A DNA stretch of 64,000 nt from Neoconidiobolus thromboides FSU 785 (Eukaryota > Fungi > Entomophthoromycota). A program made the translations under genes and the position numbers. Shown in pieces: positions 12,246 to 24,344 of this stretch. The notes beneath the pieces were generated by a model. That model saw only the letters and a list, made by a program, of their open reading frames with translations. It ran no database searches and was not told where the DNA came from. Every line of letters begins with the position of its first letter. The stretch's first letter is position 1. The stretch covers positions 1 to 64,000 of the forward strand of contig MU626348.1 of NCBI GenBank assembly GCA_025603075.1, given 5' to 3'.

Positions 12246-13259
12246 TCAAGAAGCCAACCCAATACTTCTAAAAATCGAATTAATAAAATGAAAAAAGTAA
12301 GATCTGCAATGTTGGTGAGAAAATAAGACAAAAAACCCAGAAACAATACCAGACGAGCAAACCAAAGCATTAACCAAAATAGCTGGACCAACATCGTAAT
12401 CCGGTGCAATAGTAAGATCAAGAATAGTCAAAATAATATCTGGCATAAAACAAAGGACATAAGCAAAAGTAGCCCCAAGTAATTTAAAAGTGGTTAATGC
12501 ACGCTTGAGTTTAAATTTTTCCATAGCAGAAATTGAATCAGGCTCTGGTGAAGGTATTTGTACTGATTCACAACTTTTAGTTTCTAAATAAACGTTAGAT
12601 TCTACTCGATTTTGATGATCCATTGATATAGCAATGGATGTTTTCAAGGCTCGGCGATATGCAGTAGTGACTTTAATATAACAAAAAGTAATAATAACTA
12701 AAGATAACATTAATCGAGCTACATAAATAGCAAAGAAAGCATAATAATAAATTTGATTTTGTGGTCCTTCATTTTCATTATTCAATACTGGTAAACAAAA
12801 CATATCAGTGAATGACCATTTATATATACCATAATGTACATTTCCTAATGCTAATGAGATGGAAGCTATAACTGAAAAACATGCTAAACCATAATAAAAA
12901 TAAGGATTGATTTCTTTTTGTTTACATATTTTAATGTATCTCATTAAACTTAATATTGCAACCAATTCGACAGAAGAAGTAAGACATGCCATAGTAATAG
13001 TTTCATCTAATGGACACCACCAAATTGGTGCTGGATTCCAACTATCTTTATCCATTATAATTACACTGGTACTTGTTAATATAACTCTTAATATATTTGT
13101 AGTATATAAAACAATATCCACAACACATATTACTGCTATCAATATTAAATCACTGCTAATTAATCGAAGTCCAATACTAACTATACTTCCAACTGTTATA
13201 TTTAACATTAAACCTAGTAAGGATACTATTAGTAGTGTAATTTGACCAGAAGACAGCAT
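12246..13259 (-). CDS. Rhodopsin-like (class A-like) 7TM receptor, 337 aa
   Basis: Seven hydrophobic segments; TM1 Asn (LMLN), TM2 Asp (VVDI), Cys at the top of TM3 (WWCP), DRY-like LMRY, ECL2 FCLP and TM6 CFMP; intronless. Confidence 0.8.
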   Translation of the reverse strand: MLSSGQITLLIVSLLGLMLNITVGSIVSIGLRLISSDLILIAVICVVDIVLYTTNILRVILTSTSVIIMDKDSWNPAPIWWCPLDETITMACLTSSVELVAILSLMRYIKICKQKEINPYFYYGLACFSVIASISLALGNVHYGIYKWSFTDMFCLPVLNNENEGPQNQIYYYAFFAIYVARLMLSLVIITFCYIKVTTAYRRALKTSIAISMDHQNRVESNVYLETKSCESVQIPSPEPDSISAMEKFKLKRALTTFKLLGATFAYVLCFMPDIILTILDLTIAPDYDVGPAILVNALVCSSGIVSGFFVLFSHQHCRSYFFHFINSIFRSIGLAS

Positions 13260-15617
13260 ATTTTATTAGATATAAAATATTTAGTTAAAATAGAGTAAAA
13301 GGAAAAGAAAGAAAGAATTAAAATAACAATGATAGAGAATTAATTGTAACTAATAAATATGGCAACTCTTAAATAAATTTAATTAATGGTTTTAATTTGA
13401 TTAATATTTACTTATCTCTAAAAGGTACCTCTATCATTTATTCATCGAATAGTAATAAACTAGTTTTTAAAAATTAATACTCTACTGCTTGTTTGACTGT
13501 ATTTTTGGTCACTTGGCTATCTAGTTTTTCATCAATAAGTTCGAACATATCATGTGAACGTTGCTATGTTGTTTATGGAGTTATTCTTCTTTGTTACTAT
13601 TAAGGTGATTTTAATGTTGTATTAAATTCTTCTATAGTCACTCACATTTTATTTATTTTATTATGTTATTATAATAAATAATTCACAAGTTAAAGTATTT
13701 AAAACAGTTAATATTAATAACAGTAATAAAAGATTGTAATAAATATATTTTTTAAACAATTAGAATTAATTAAACGCTCATAATCTAGATTTTCTTTCAA
13801 CTTAATAAATACCATATTATAATTCATTATAAAAATAAATCAACAGCTGACCTTACCAATGTTAATTAAAGAATAGATTATTTAACTGAACCCAAATTTA
13901 TTTAAATGCATTATTTGATAACATTGTATTAATATTATTTCATAAACTAATAACTACACTATTTATTATTCTTTAGTATAAAATTTAGCTGAAGGATGGG
14001 TGTATTTATCATATACTATAATTTTACTATCTACAAAACTGGATATCCGTTAATAAAATACTTGAACTTTTTAAAAAAAATTCTGATCAATTTAAATTAG
14101 ACTTCAAATGTATATTTTATTCATTAGAAAAATGGCTACATTGCATAAAATATTGGAGGTTTTAAGCTCTGCTAGGTACCTTAAGCTTATACCATTTTAA
14201 GATAGGAGCTGGGACCAGGTGATCTTTTTAAAATTGACTTTCAAGCCTTTAGTATTTAAACTATACATTATTATAGATTTCTATACTATTGAAATGCTAT
14301 GTCAATTATTAAATTACAAATGCACTGTTATTTTTAAAAGCTTTTAGGTAAATATGATATATAAAAGCTATAAAACCACTGCTTTTAAAAATAGTAATTT
14401 TAGGCTGAAGTATATGTTCTAATTTTATATTACAAATGAGCCAGAAATCAACGCTTTTTTAAATAACATGCTTGTTTCTTTAATGCAATAGGTATCTTTA
14501 TTGGACACTAAACTTTGCACTATAGAACTCTGTTTTTTCAATTAATGCCTTTTACATATAAACCTTTATTAGCTAAATAGTACTATTACAATTTTATTGT
14601 GACCTAGTTTGCAATAGTTCTAGAGTCAATTATTTATTTAGTTTTTAAGACTCAATTCTTAAATTTTAGCTTAAGTTTCCATATATTTATTCATAAATGT
14701 ACAGCGATTTATGTCGCAATAGAGCTGGAGTAGTTGCAATGAAAATTTAATTTTCGCCTTTTAGCTAACTTAGGTAGAATGCTTTTACCCATTTTGGTTT
14801 GAGTGTTTTAAATTATACAGGTTGAAGAACAAGGCAGGTAGGCTAAGTAACAATATATTTTATTACAGTTTTATAATAGACTTTTATTAAGATTTGACTT
14901 TTAGCCTTTTCTCTAGAATTCAAAATAAAAGTATCATTTTAAAAAGTAAAGTCTTCGAACCATAAATATTGAGATTAAAGATATAATTTTAAATCATGCA
15001 TTGAAATCAAAAGCAATACCAAATTAAGAAAAACTTCTTTAATGCCCAATATTTTTTTAAAATTATATTAATATAATGTCACCTTTGGTCCTAATCATCT
15101 GCGATATTGATTTTTAACTATTGGTGAGTGATTCAATATCACGAGTTATATGAGTTATATAATATTAGACTTTAAATAGCTTATGGGTATTTTGACCAAC
15201 CTACTGGTAGAATTTTGTGACGATTTTTTAAGCCTTTGGATTCAAAGATGAACGTTCCTTTATAAAGCTAAAGGAGAAATTAGAATAAATAAAACTCATA
15301 TAAACTAATTTTACTTTTTATAATATTATTAATTTGTCCTAACCATCATATAAGATTAATTCGTCAATTTATTAAATAGTATCATATTACCATTATTATA
15401 CTAAAGCTTCCGAAATATTTCTGTCATCTACTTGAAGACCAAACGGAATATTTTCAATGTTTAACGATAGCTTTTAAATATGCATTATATAATGTATAAA
15501 CTAGCAAACCTTAACGTGATATTCACAAAAACCAAACAAAGTATTTGAAATGACAAGACTAGTACAAACGAATTAGACTTAGTTTTTTTCAAAACAACTA
15601 AATGATATTAAACATAT

Positions 15618-15715
15618 GGGGATCTATTTTCATGTTTGAGAATTTTACTAACAATCTTTCCACTCAAACATAGCACTTAAAGATGGAAAAGTAATGAAAT
15701 CAAAAAAACATCCTT
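15618..15715 (+). mobile_element. MITE family copy
   Basis: GGGGATCTATTTT...AAAACATCCTT; ATAT/ATAT. Confidence 0.9.
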
Positions 15716-16053
15716 ATATCGCTATAACTTTTTAAAAAAATACTAAATTTATTTATAAAGAATAAGTTATATTTAGCAAGAGTTTTTATGATCTGTTAAA
15801 AAAACAATTATAGTCATTTTTATATATATTAAAGATTGAATGACTATTGATAAAAATACGAACATTAATTTTTAATGTATTACCCAAAATTTTATATTGG
15901 CTTAAAATTTTTCAATATCTTTTGCAAAAAGTAATAACCTTTTCTCTTAACTTTTTTTGTTAAATGATAAAGTACAATATGCAAATAAACTATTGTAAGT
16001 ATTGAGCATTAAAAAAGGTTGAATCAGTTACAATATTTAAGTTTTTATCATAT

Positions 16054-16150
16054 AGGGATGTGTTTTTGCATTTAAGGATTTTACCAACAATTTTTCTGGT
16101 CAAATAGCATTTAAAAGATGGAAAAAGTAATGAAGCTAAAAAACATCCTC
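16054..16150 (+). mobile_element. MITE family copy
   Basis: AGGGATGTGTTTTTG...AAAACATCCTC; ATAT/ATAT. Confidence 0.9.
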
Positions 16151-16643
16151 ATATACCAGATTCAAGGTATTTTTTAGAAATATACAATCTTTAGCAAAAT
16201 AATATTGAAAATATTTCAAATACTTTTCTGCCTTTTTTAAACATAACAAAACTATTCAATTATATAACAAAGCAGTAACAATATTGATATCTTGCTTTTC
16301 TAGTTAAATTCAAAATAAAGTATTTTAGTTTGTTATTACAATCAAAGTAATAGGAATTTCAAATACTCATATTAGTATTTTTAAATTTATTAAAATCTTG
16401 ATATGTAACTACTTATTTCAAAGTTAAAAATATCAAATTATAATTTATTTCAATTATAAAGCTATTTATAAGCACTATATTATTTATTTTTAGATTTTTA
16501 CAAAATTCCTAGTTAGTAATCAAATTCTTAGGGTTCTAATTATATAGGTCTCCCCACTTAATTTGACTATTTATAAATTAGTATAAACTTAAATTACAAA
16601 ATTTACAAATACATGAAATTGATGTCAAATTTTAATGTTAAAA

Positions 16644-17807
16644 TTAATTATAATTAAGTAAAGCGGCCAATCCTAAAGGCAATAAGGAGTAAGATAGTGA
16701 TCTGGCACTGGAAGGAGCTTGACGACGAGAATCAATAACTTTGGTATTAGAACCTTCTTCTTTAGATGGATCTTTAGTATTATCAAACATATTCTCATCA
16801 CCTAATTCACCTCCACCTTGCATATCTTTTGAAGTTTTTGATTTTTCTTTATCACCTTTAGCAACTAAACCTAAATCTTTATCAACTTCAAAATCATCAT
16901 CTTTAGATAAAGGTTCTCCATAACATTCTACTTTGAAATTTCTTACGCGTACAGAATAGTAACCATCTTTCTTCATATCTTCTGATTCCCAATCAATGTA
17001 ACCACCAGCCCAGTCTCTAGTACCTTCAGCACCAGAACCACCATCCCAAATACCAAAAGAAAATTGAGCTGGCTCGGAAGGATATTCATCGCCAGATCTT
17101 TTAAATTCACGAATCATGGCACCATCCACATACCATTGAACTCTATCAGCATTAAAATCGATAGCATAATTATGGAAACCTTCGAAAGAGTTTTTGATCT
17201 TTTTACCTTCAAAGTGAGTTTGATCTTGTGGAGGAATAACACCTTTGTGGAACCAATTGGTTTGTACTTCTTCAAGCTTGTGACCAGTCCATTCAATATC
17301 GATTTCATCTTTACCTTTGGACATAGTAATAAAAGCGGAAACAACACCACCACCACGACTAGTCTTAATATCAGCAGAAATACGACCATAATTAACAAAA
17401 CGAGTAGATTGAAGTGTAGAACCTGAATTAGCTTTACTCATTTTTAATACAACTTCATTGCCTTGGACTTCATAATCACCAACAATAGTGAAATCATACT
17501 TGGTATATTCACCCTTATAATCGCTAAGTTTGATGATTTTATCCTTGCTGAAACTACTTTGCATGCTTTTACAAGCGGGTAATGGTAAACATTTTTTTCC
17601 TTTAGCATTACCACTTTCAATACATGTGGAACCACAATATTCAAATGTTTTACCACAGAAACCTTCCTTGTTACAACATGGATTATATTTATCGCAGAGT
17701 CCTTTAACGTCAAAACATTTTCCTTTTTGTTCATCTGAAAATACTGGGGATAAAATACTTAGTAGCATACATGCTATTGATAAAGTATTAAAATTAAGGT
17801 TAACCAT
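16644..17807 (-). CDS. GH16 chitin transglycosylase (Crh1/Utr2-like) with a Cys-rich chitin-binding module and probable GPI anchor
   Basis: Signal peptide; hevein/CBM18-like CC.K.GFCG.T.EYCG..C; catalytic DEIDIEW motif; GIWDGG; hydrophobic C-terminal tail after APSSA. Confidence 0.92.
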   Translation of the reverse strand: MVNLNFNTLSIACMLLSILSPVFSDEQKGKCFDVKGLCDKYNPCCNKEGFCGKTFEYCGSTCIESGNAKGKKCLPLPACKSMQSSFSKDKIIKLSDYKGEYTKYDFTIVGDYEVQGNEVVLKMSKANSGSTLQSTRFVNYGRISADIKTSRGGGVVSAFITMSKGKDEIDIEWTGHKLEEVQTNWFHKGVIPPQDQTHFEGKKIKNSFEGFHNYAIDFNADRVQWYVDGAMIREFKRSGDEYPSEPAQFSFGIWDGGSGAEGTRDWAGGYIDWESEDMKKDGYYSVRVRNFKVECYGEPLSKDDDFEVDKDLGLVAKGDKEKSKTSKDMQGGGELGDENMFDNTKDPSKEEGSNTKVIDSRRQAPSSARSLSYSLLPLGLAALLNYN

Positions 17808-18646
17808 TATGTATTATTTTATATAAAAAAAGTATAAACAGAATTAAGTAATTAAAAAAGATTAATTTATATATTCGCCCTTTTAACAAAGTTAAGAGAA
17901 GAAATAAAAGCTTTTATTTTGAAGTGTCCCTATTTATATAGAACCTGTGAAATAAAGTTACGGTGAAATAGATCATAGCCACTCTTATTCTATGTACCTT
18001 AGAATATTAATTGTTCTATGAAAGCTAACCAATAGGAGTAAAACTAAGGACCCATTACTTTAAATTTTCGAAATCCTTATGTTTTCCATAATATAAAATT
18101 TGAAGAATTGACCTAAAAGGGGTAAAAAGAAAGTAAATGAATTTCAGATATATGTTCAATTCTCTATTTTTAGCTCCTTATTAGTCACATTGAAATTTTA
18201 TTTTTAAATTTAACATTGTAGAAAAAATCAAACATAGCTAAAACTTTTGGAATTGATGCATTTTCATTTAATTGCTTACCGAATGTAAGAAAAATAACAG
18301 TAATTGAAAATTTAAAACAAAATAAATGGTAAATTAAAAAATTAACATATATTTAAACTGAATCAAAAAATCCTTTGATTTTTTCCAATTTTAATTTGCT
18401 CCACTTTCTAGTTCGGATTCACCTATCAAATTTGATGATTTAAATTAATATTAATTACACTGGTTATTAATTAATGTTTTAATTTTATAAATTAATATTT
18501 AATCACAAACTTTTGAAATTGAGATGTTTGAAATACCATATTTAACTCACTTTATAATACATAGTTAAATTACAGTTATCTTTTATAGTTCTAAAGCTGA
18601 TTAATAGTTGAATTTTTAGTTATACTTCAATCAAACTCAAATATAT

Positions 18647-18746
18647 GGGGGATACATTTTTGTGTTTAAGAATTTTGCTAATAAATTTTCCACTCAAATG
18701 GCGCTTAAAAGATGGAAAAAATGATGAAGCTAAAAAAATGCCCCTT
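18647..18746 (+). mobile_element. MITE family copy
   Basis: GGGGGATACATTTT...AAAATGCCCCTT with intact core; ATAT flanks. Confidence 0.85.
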
Positions 18747-19256
18747 ATATGTTCTATAACTAATGGAAAAGATTACTATTGAAAGTTTACATAATCTTGA
18801 TAGTAAAATGTATAATATTTTTAACTTTGTTTTATTTGCTAAGGTATATCCTTTTTATACTAAAGTATAAAATTTTGAATATTTGAAAGTACCTATATGT
18901 TTAGAATAATACTTATTCAATAAGATAAAAAATTCAAATACTATGGCTTTATCTATTTTAGTCTTATAGCAAATACAAAAATATTCCTCTAATGTTCATA
19001 TAAACTATTTTAATAAATTGATTGATATTATTTAATATATTTTAATTAATTGATCAATGTAATAAGAAGATAGTTGAATAGTTGAACCTAAAGTAATATA
19101 TTGACCATTATACCATTTATTTAATTGACTATCGAAATAAAATAATTTATTTTTAACTACTGTACATCCGTCATAAATAAGCCTTGGTAATATTTTTTTA
19201 AAATTATATATTTAAGACACTGCTTATAATAAAAAGAAAGTATGAAATAATCATAT

Positions 19257-19348
19257 AGGGATGTACTTTTTTGTTTAAGAACTTTACTAACAATCTTTCC
19301 ACTTAAATAGGGCTTAAGAATGGAAAAGTAATGAAATCAAAAATCCTC
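19257..19348 (+). mobile_element. MITE family copy (left arm of an inverted pair)
   Basis: AGGGATGTACTTTT...AAAATCCTC; ATAT/ATAT. Confidence 0.9.
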
Positions 19349-19412
19349 ATATTAAGAACATTATTAATTTATTAATTTTTTAATATAAAAAATAACTAAA
19401 AATTAACAATAT

Positions 19413-19509
19413 GGGGACGTTTTTTTTGGCTTCATTACTTTTCCATTCTTAAGCCCTATTTAAGTGGAAAGATTGTTAGTAAAGTTCTTAAACAAAAAAA
19501 CACATCCCC
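19413..19509 (-). mobile_element. MITE family copy (right arm of an inverted pair)
   Basis: GGGGACGTTTTT...CACATCCCC; ATAT/ATAT. Confidence 0.9.
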
Positions 19510-19842
19510 ATATCATTTATCTACTACACCTAAACTTTATATATTTAATAATCGATCTAAACAAAACAACCAAAATCCACTTAACAAAATGTTATTAAAT
19601 GTATTTTTATACTTTATTGGTAAACCAAACAAATTAATAGCTGCTTTATCTTAACAACAGTAAAAGTCAAATCCATTCTATCATTAATATCAATAAGCAT
19701 TGTTCTCAGTTTATAAATATTTAATCATTCAATAACACTTAATTTAAGTATATAAGTAGTTTCATTACCAGTAAAACTTGAATTGAGGATCAAACGAGAC
19801 AATAATATTTTTAAAAAAATATAAATAAGCAAAAATAAATAC

Positions 19843-19937
19843 GGGAGGTGTTTTTTTGGTCTCATCACTTTTTCCATTTTTAAGCACCATTTGAGCGGAA
19901 AGACTATCAGTAAAATTTTTAAACAAAACACACCTCC
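19843..19937 (-). mobile_element. MITE family copy
   Basis: GGGAGGTGTTTTT...CACACCTCC. Confidence 0.85.
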
Positions 19938-20133
19938 ATATTTAAATCTTAACCTGCTAAGTGTTCCTTTCCTTAATCAAAGTGCTAATTTTTCTGACAT
20001 CAGATTCCTTTTTTTGGCGGCTAGTTCATATAAATACCCAGGTTCTATGTTTTTTTGAGTTTTTTTAGAGTAGAAGCTTAGACTCTGCACAATTGCCTAA
20101 AGCCATCATTCTTTTTGTATATATATAGCATAT

Positions 20134-20231
20134 GGGGCTGTTTTTTTTAGTTTCATTATTTTTCCATTTTTTAAGCGCTATTCATGTGGAAAAATTGTCA
20201 GTAAAATTCTTAAATACAAAAATACATCCCC
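20134..20231 (-). mobile_element. MITE family copy (first unit of a tandem dimer)
   Basis: GGGGCTGTTTT...TACATCCCC followed by ATAT. Confidence 0.9.
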
Positions 20232-20235
20232 ATAT

Positions 20236-20329
20236 AGGGATTTTTTTCTGGCTTCATTACTTTTTATCTTAAGCACTCTTTGAGTGGAAAATTTGTTAGT
20301 AAAATTCTCAAACACAAAAATACATCCCC
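20236..20329 (-). mobile_element. MITE family copy (second unit of a tandem dimer)
   Basis: Starts right after the shared ATAT (20232-20235); ends TACATCCCC|ATAT. Confidence 0.9.
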
Positions 20330-21095
20330 ATATATTACTAAATTAATAAATAGCTCGATGGGAGGGAGTGGTTAGCCCCAAAACTATAATTAGACATCCT
20401 TATATAATACAAATAATATAATAATAGTTTCTACTTACTCTTTAACTATTTATTGACTTAGCTATTAATAATTTAGATAATGTTAAAATTCAACAACTAA
20501 TTTCTAACATTAATAAACTACTTGCTTAGTAAATGTTTAAATATTTGAATATTTAGATTTTTTGTTATTTGTGAAATCTAGTACTCAGTGGTTGGAGCCA
20601 GAAACAGCTATTGCCTGGTTGACTACACTATAAGTTAAAAAGTCTTAGTTTATGTGACTAAGATAGACTTGGAGTATGAAGAATAGCTCTTAATAGGCTA
20701 CAGACTATGTAAAACAAATAGAATAGACAATACTAATATAAAATCTACGTAAAATACTATTAAGAAAACTTAGTGGCTTTATTAAATGTTCGAGATATCA
20801 GGGAATAATTCAGTTAAAAAGCCTCAAATTACTATACTCTAAAATCTCTTTTGTACTTTGAAAAATATAAATATCAAAATGAGAAGATAATGTTCTTTTG
20901 AATGGAGCTAGAAATTCTCATAGCAAATCAAACTAAGAACATGGGATTGATTTTCTCTGAACTCGAGAACACAACAACTTAGGCGATTATTATGCTATAA
21001 TTAACTATGGGACTGACAAAGCAGTATTTCACAAAACTTAAATTTGGGTTAATTTTTAAGCTGATTCTGGAGCTGATTCAGACATTTCAATATAT

Positions 21096-21194
21096 GGGAG
21101 TGTTTTTTTTTGCTTCATTGCTTTTTACATTTTTTAAGCGCTATTTAAGCGGAAAATTTAGTAGTAAAATTCTCAAACATAAAAATACATCCCC
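21096..21194 (-). mobile_element. MITE family copy
   Basis: GGGAGTGTTTT...TACATCCCC; ATAT/ATAT. Confidence 0.9.
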
Positions 21195-21232
21195 ATATTA
21201 TTTTAAATATATTGGCATTAATATTAAGATAT

Positions 21233-21331
21233 GGGGATGTGTTTATATATTCAAGAATTTTAGTAATACTTTTTCCACTCAAATAGTGCTTAAAAGATGG
21301 AAAAAGTAATGAAGCCAAAAAAAACATTCCC
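21233..21331 (+). mobile_element. MITE family copy
   Basis: GGGGATGTGTTT...AAAACATTCCC. Confidence 0.88.
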
Positions 21332-21730
21332 TATTGATTACTTAAATTATTTATAAAATTAATTTAACTGTAATTTATATAACAAATTTAATTAGCTTTT
21401 GGTAACTTTGATATTAGAAATTATATTTTAAATTTAAATATAATTAATTTAAACCTTTTTATCTAAATATAGGAGAATTTTTATCAAATAAAGTATTAAC
21501 AGATAAATGAAAAAATTAAATTATTAAAACAAAAAATTGATCCACTTTATATATTTAATTTATTAAATGAAGATGTCAAACTCATATTTTTAAATGTACT
21601 AGATAAAAACAAAAAAATTAAAATATTTAAATTGAAAAAAAACTAATACTCTAATGGCCTTCTGTAAAATAAAGCTAATTTTGACTAATATTAATTTAAT
21701 ATTTAAAAACGATAAGTTTGTCAAAACAAT

Positions 21731-21828
21731 GGGAGTGTTTTTTTGACTTCATTATTTTTTCCATTTTTTAAGCGCTATTTGAGCGGAAAATTTGTTAGTA
21801 AAACTCTTAAACACAAAAATACATCCCC
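21731..21828 (-). mobile_element. MITE family copy
   Basis: GGGAGTGTTTTT...TACATCCCC. Confidence 0.9.
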
Positions 21829-22113
21829 AATACCAAAAAAATGGCTGAGAATAATCTGCCAAAATGGAAATGCTTAATAAAAATAGTTAAAAACTTAAAC
21901 CTTGTATTTACTTCAATCTTAAAATAAGACCAACACATTATAAGGTAAGTGAATTGTTTTGAATGGGCAAGGAGTTTGTCCAAATTGCTTGTAATGTACT
22001 AAATAACTAAAAAAATTATCAGTACTTTGGATTGACTCTCCGCTCATTTAAGATGATTCACTCTCTCCAAAGCACACTATGCTATATAAACAAGTAAAGG
22101 TTATTTTACTTGA

Positions 22114-23018
22114 TAGATCAAATTAATTTCAATATATATTTTTACTCCAATTTATTTAGCAGCTACTTGCATAACTTCAATATGCTTAATAACCAATTTA
22201 TTTTTAATTTACTTTGCAAGTAAATTATCATCAGAACAAATTGATATAAAATTAGTACTTATTTTGGTCTCTTTAGAGTTTTTAGCACCAAGTGTGGTTT
22301 TATCTGATATTATTTACTATTTTATTGATGGACAAAAAATAATTGAAAATCAATATGAATGCAACTTTTGTGAATTTGTTATAATATTTATTTATCATTA
22401 TGAAATGGTATTGAGTTCTTTATTATCAATGGAAAGATTATCAAAAATTAAAAAATCTTGTTTATTTAATTACGCTTATTATCCTACAATAATTAATTTA
22501 ATTGTCTTCACACTTTTATTGATTGCTTGCGCTGCTACAAATTCATTTGTAATTGCTTCAACAAAATTAACTTGTCAGTTCAATGTTTAAATAGTATATT
22601 AGCTTCGGTCACTTACCACTATTCTTTGTTAAGTGGCTTTGTCGGTGTTGGACTTTTAGTATACTCATATTACTGTTTGGTAAATAAAATTAATGATCAT
22701 AAAAACATTATGCTATTGGGAACAGAATCTACTATTAAAATATCTAGTAGTGTAAGATCTAAGTGTTTTAAAAAAGCATCAATTAAAGTAGATTTAATTT
22801 TAATTAGTTACACAGCATGAATGCTAAGCTCAATTATTACTTTATTTCTTGAATCAACATTGAAATATAAATATGATGATACTCTTAAATATGCCAGGGA
22901 TCTTAATGCAGCTGTTACACTTTTGCTTATTTTTGGTATTATCTTTAATACGTTGCTAATGCTTACTTTACATGCTGGAGTTGCAAAAGAAGGGAAAAAA
23001 GTAATCGAGTCAAACTAA
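22114..23018 (+). pseudogene. Disrupted rhodopsin-like 7TM receptor
   Basis: One frame from 22114 (ATC where ATG would be expected) gives IKLISIY...CLITNLFL (TM1), TM2, ECNF and LLSMERL (DRY-like). A frameshift follows near 22575-22590 and an in-frame TGA at 22818-22820 (ISYTA*MLSS); TM7 GIIFNTLLML ends at 23018. Confidence 0.75.
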
Positions 23019-24344
23019 ATTTTAGACCCCGAGGACCTAAAGTCTAAGTTAATCCAAATTTTAATAAGAACAAATAGACTTTGCACCTCAACAATCATTT
23101 TGATTGTAATGTAAATTTGATACCTGTAACTGTATCTTTTAACAAAATAAATAAAATTTTAAAATCACTATTTAAGGTACTTTGATTAATTTCTACAGCT
23201 CGAAAAAAAATCCTGACAATTTATAGTAAATAGTTTATTTGGAGCATTTAAAAATAAAAAAATACCATTTTACAGTAGTGAAAAAGTCATTTTAATAGCC
23301 ATTATATAATCTTGCAACTATTTGGCTTATAAATGTAGTAGTTTTAATCTAAAAGCTTACTGTTATATTAATACGTTGGCTTTTTGTATCCAAAGTTATA
23401 ACTCCATAAAAATATAAACGCGTCAAGACATACATCGTGAATGGGATATGAGAGTATGATTAGTCAGTTGTAAAACAAGGGGTTGTTTCGTAGTTCTAAT
23501 CCGTGGGAAATAGAGTTAATGATATATAGAGTATAATGAAAAATAACATATGAAAAATAAACTATGTCGCTTTTTTTGTCAAATTTATTTACATATTTAT
23601 TTATGAATAAATCAATGATTATAATATGGTTCTTGGTCCAGATACTTATTTAAGAATAAAATTGATAAAAAAATTAAACGCTTCTAATTTCTTTATAATG
23701 GGGAATATTTCAATTAAAACTGTCAATATTCTCATTTTACATCCCTTGATTTCTGCTTTATGTATTTGGTTTCATTTAATAACTAGACATTTAAAACTTT
23801 CTTTCTTTAATTAACTTTATTACGCTATTTACGTAATAGTTTCTTTATTATGCCAACTATTAACTTAATAATTTAATAAATAACCTATAGCAAATTAAGC
23901 GACTACCTTAGCTCATTAAAACAATATATTTTAAAACAATATATTTTAACATATAAAATGATGATGTTAAGAGAAAACTATTTATAACTCTGTATAAAAA
24001 ATACATTTGCCAGTTAAGGTTAATAAATGATCTGAGCTACCATATTTAAATAGAAAATTATGCTAGTGGAACATACTAAAGAATAGATTTTTAAGGGAGG
24101 AGTCGTGAGAGCTAATTTCTCCCTTCCTCGGTAGATAAACTTACTAAATAAAGTAAAAAAAGAATTCAATTACCAAGTTTCTCTCTTATATCTACTAAAT
24201 AGATAGCACAACCATTGTAAATGACCAATTGTATAAAAAAAGCATGATTTTTCGATTATTGTTCATTGTTATATTTGATGGAGTAGGACAGCTAATATAA
24301 AAAGGACTCAAATGTAAACTCAAAAATCATAACATTAAGTTAAT

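Noticed and set aside
21057-21090. ADSGADSDI resembling a retroviral protease DSGA motif
   Set aside because: It is preceded directly by a stop, with no gag or pol context.
24090-24135. Short GGGAG...CTCCC hairpin upstream of the lipase, as a possible Helitron 3' end or small RNA
   Set aside because: No CTRR terminus at the expected distance and no second copy in the window.
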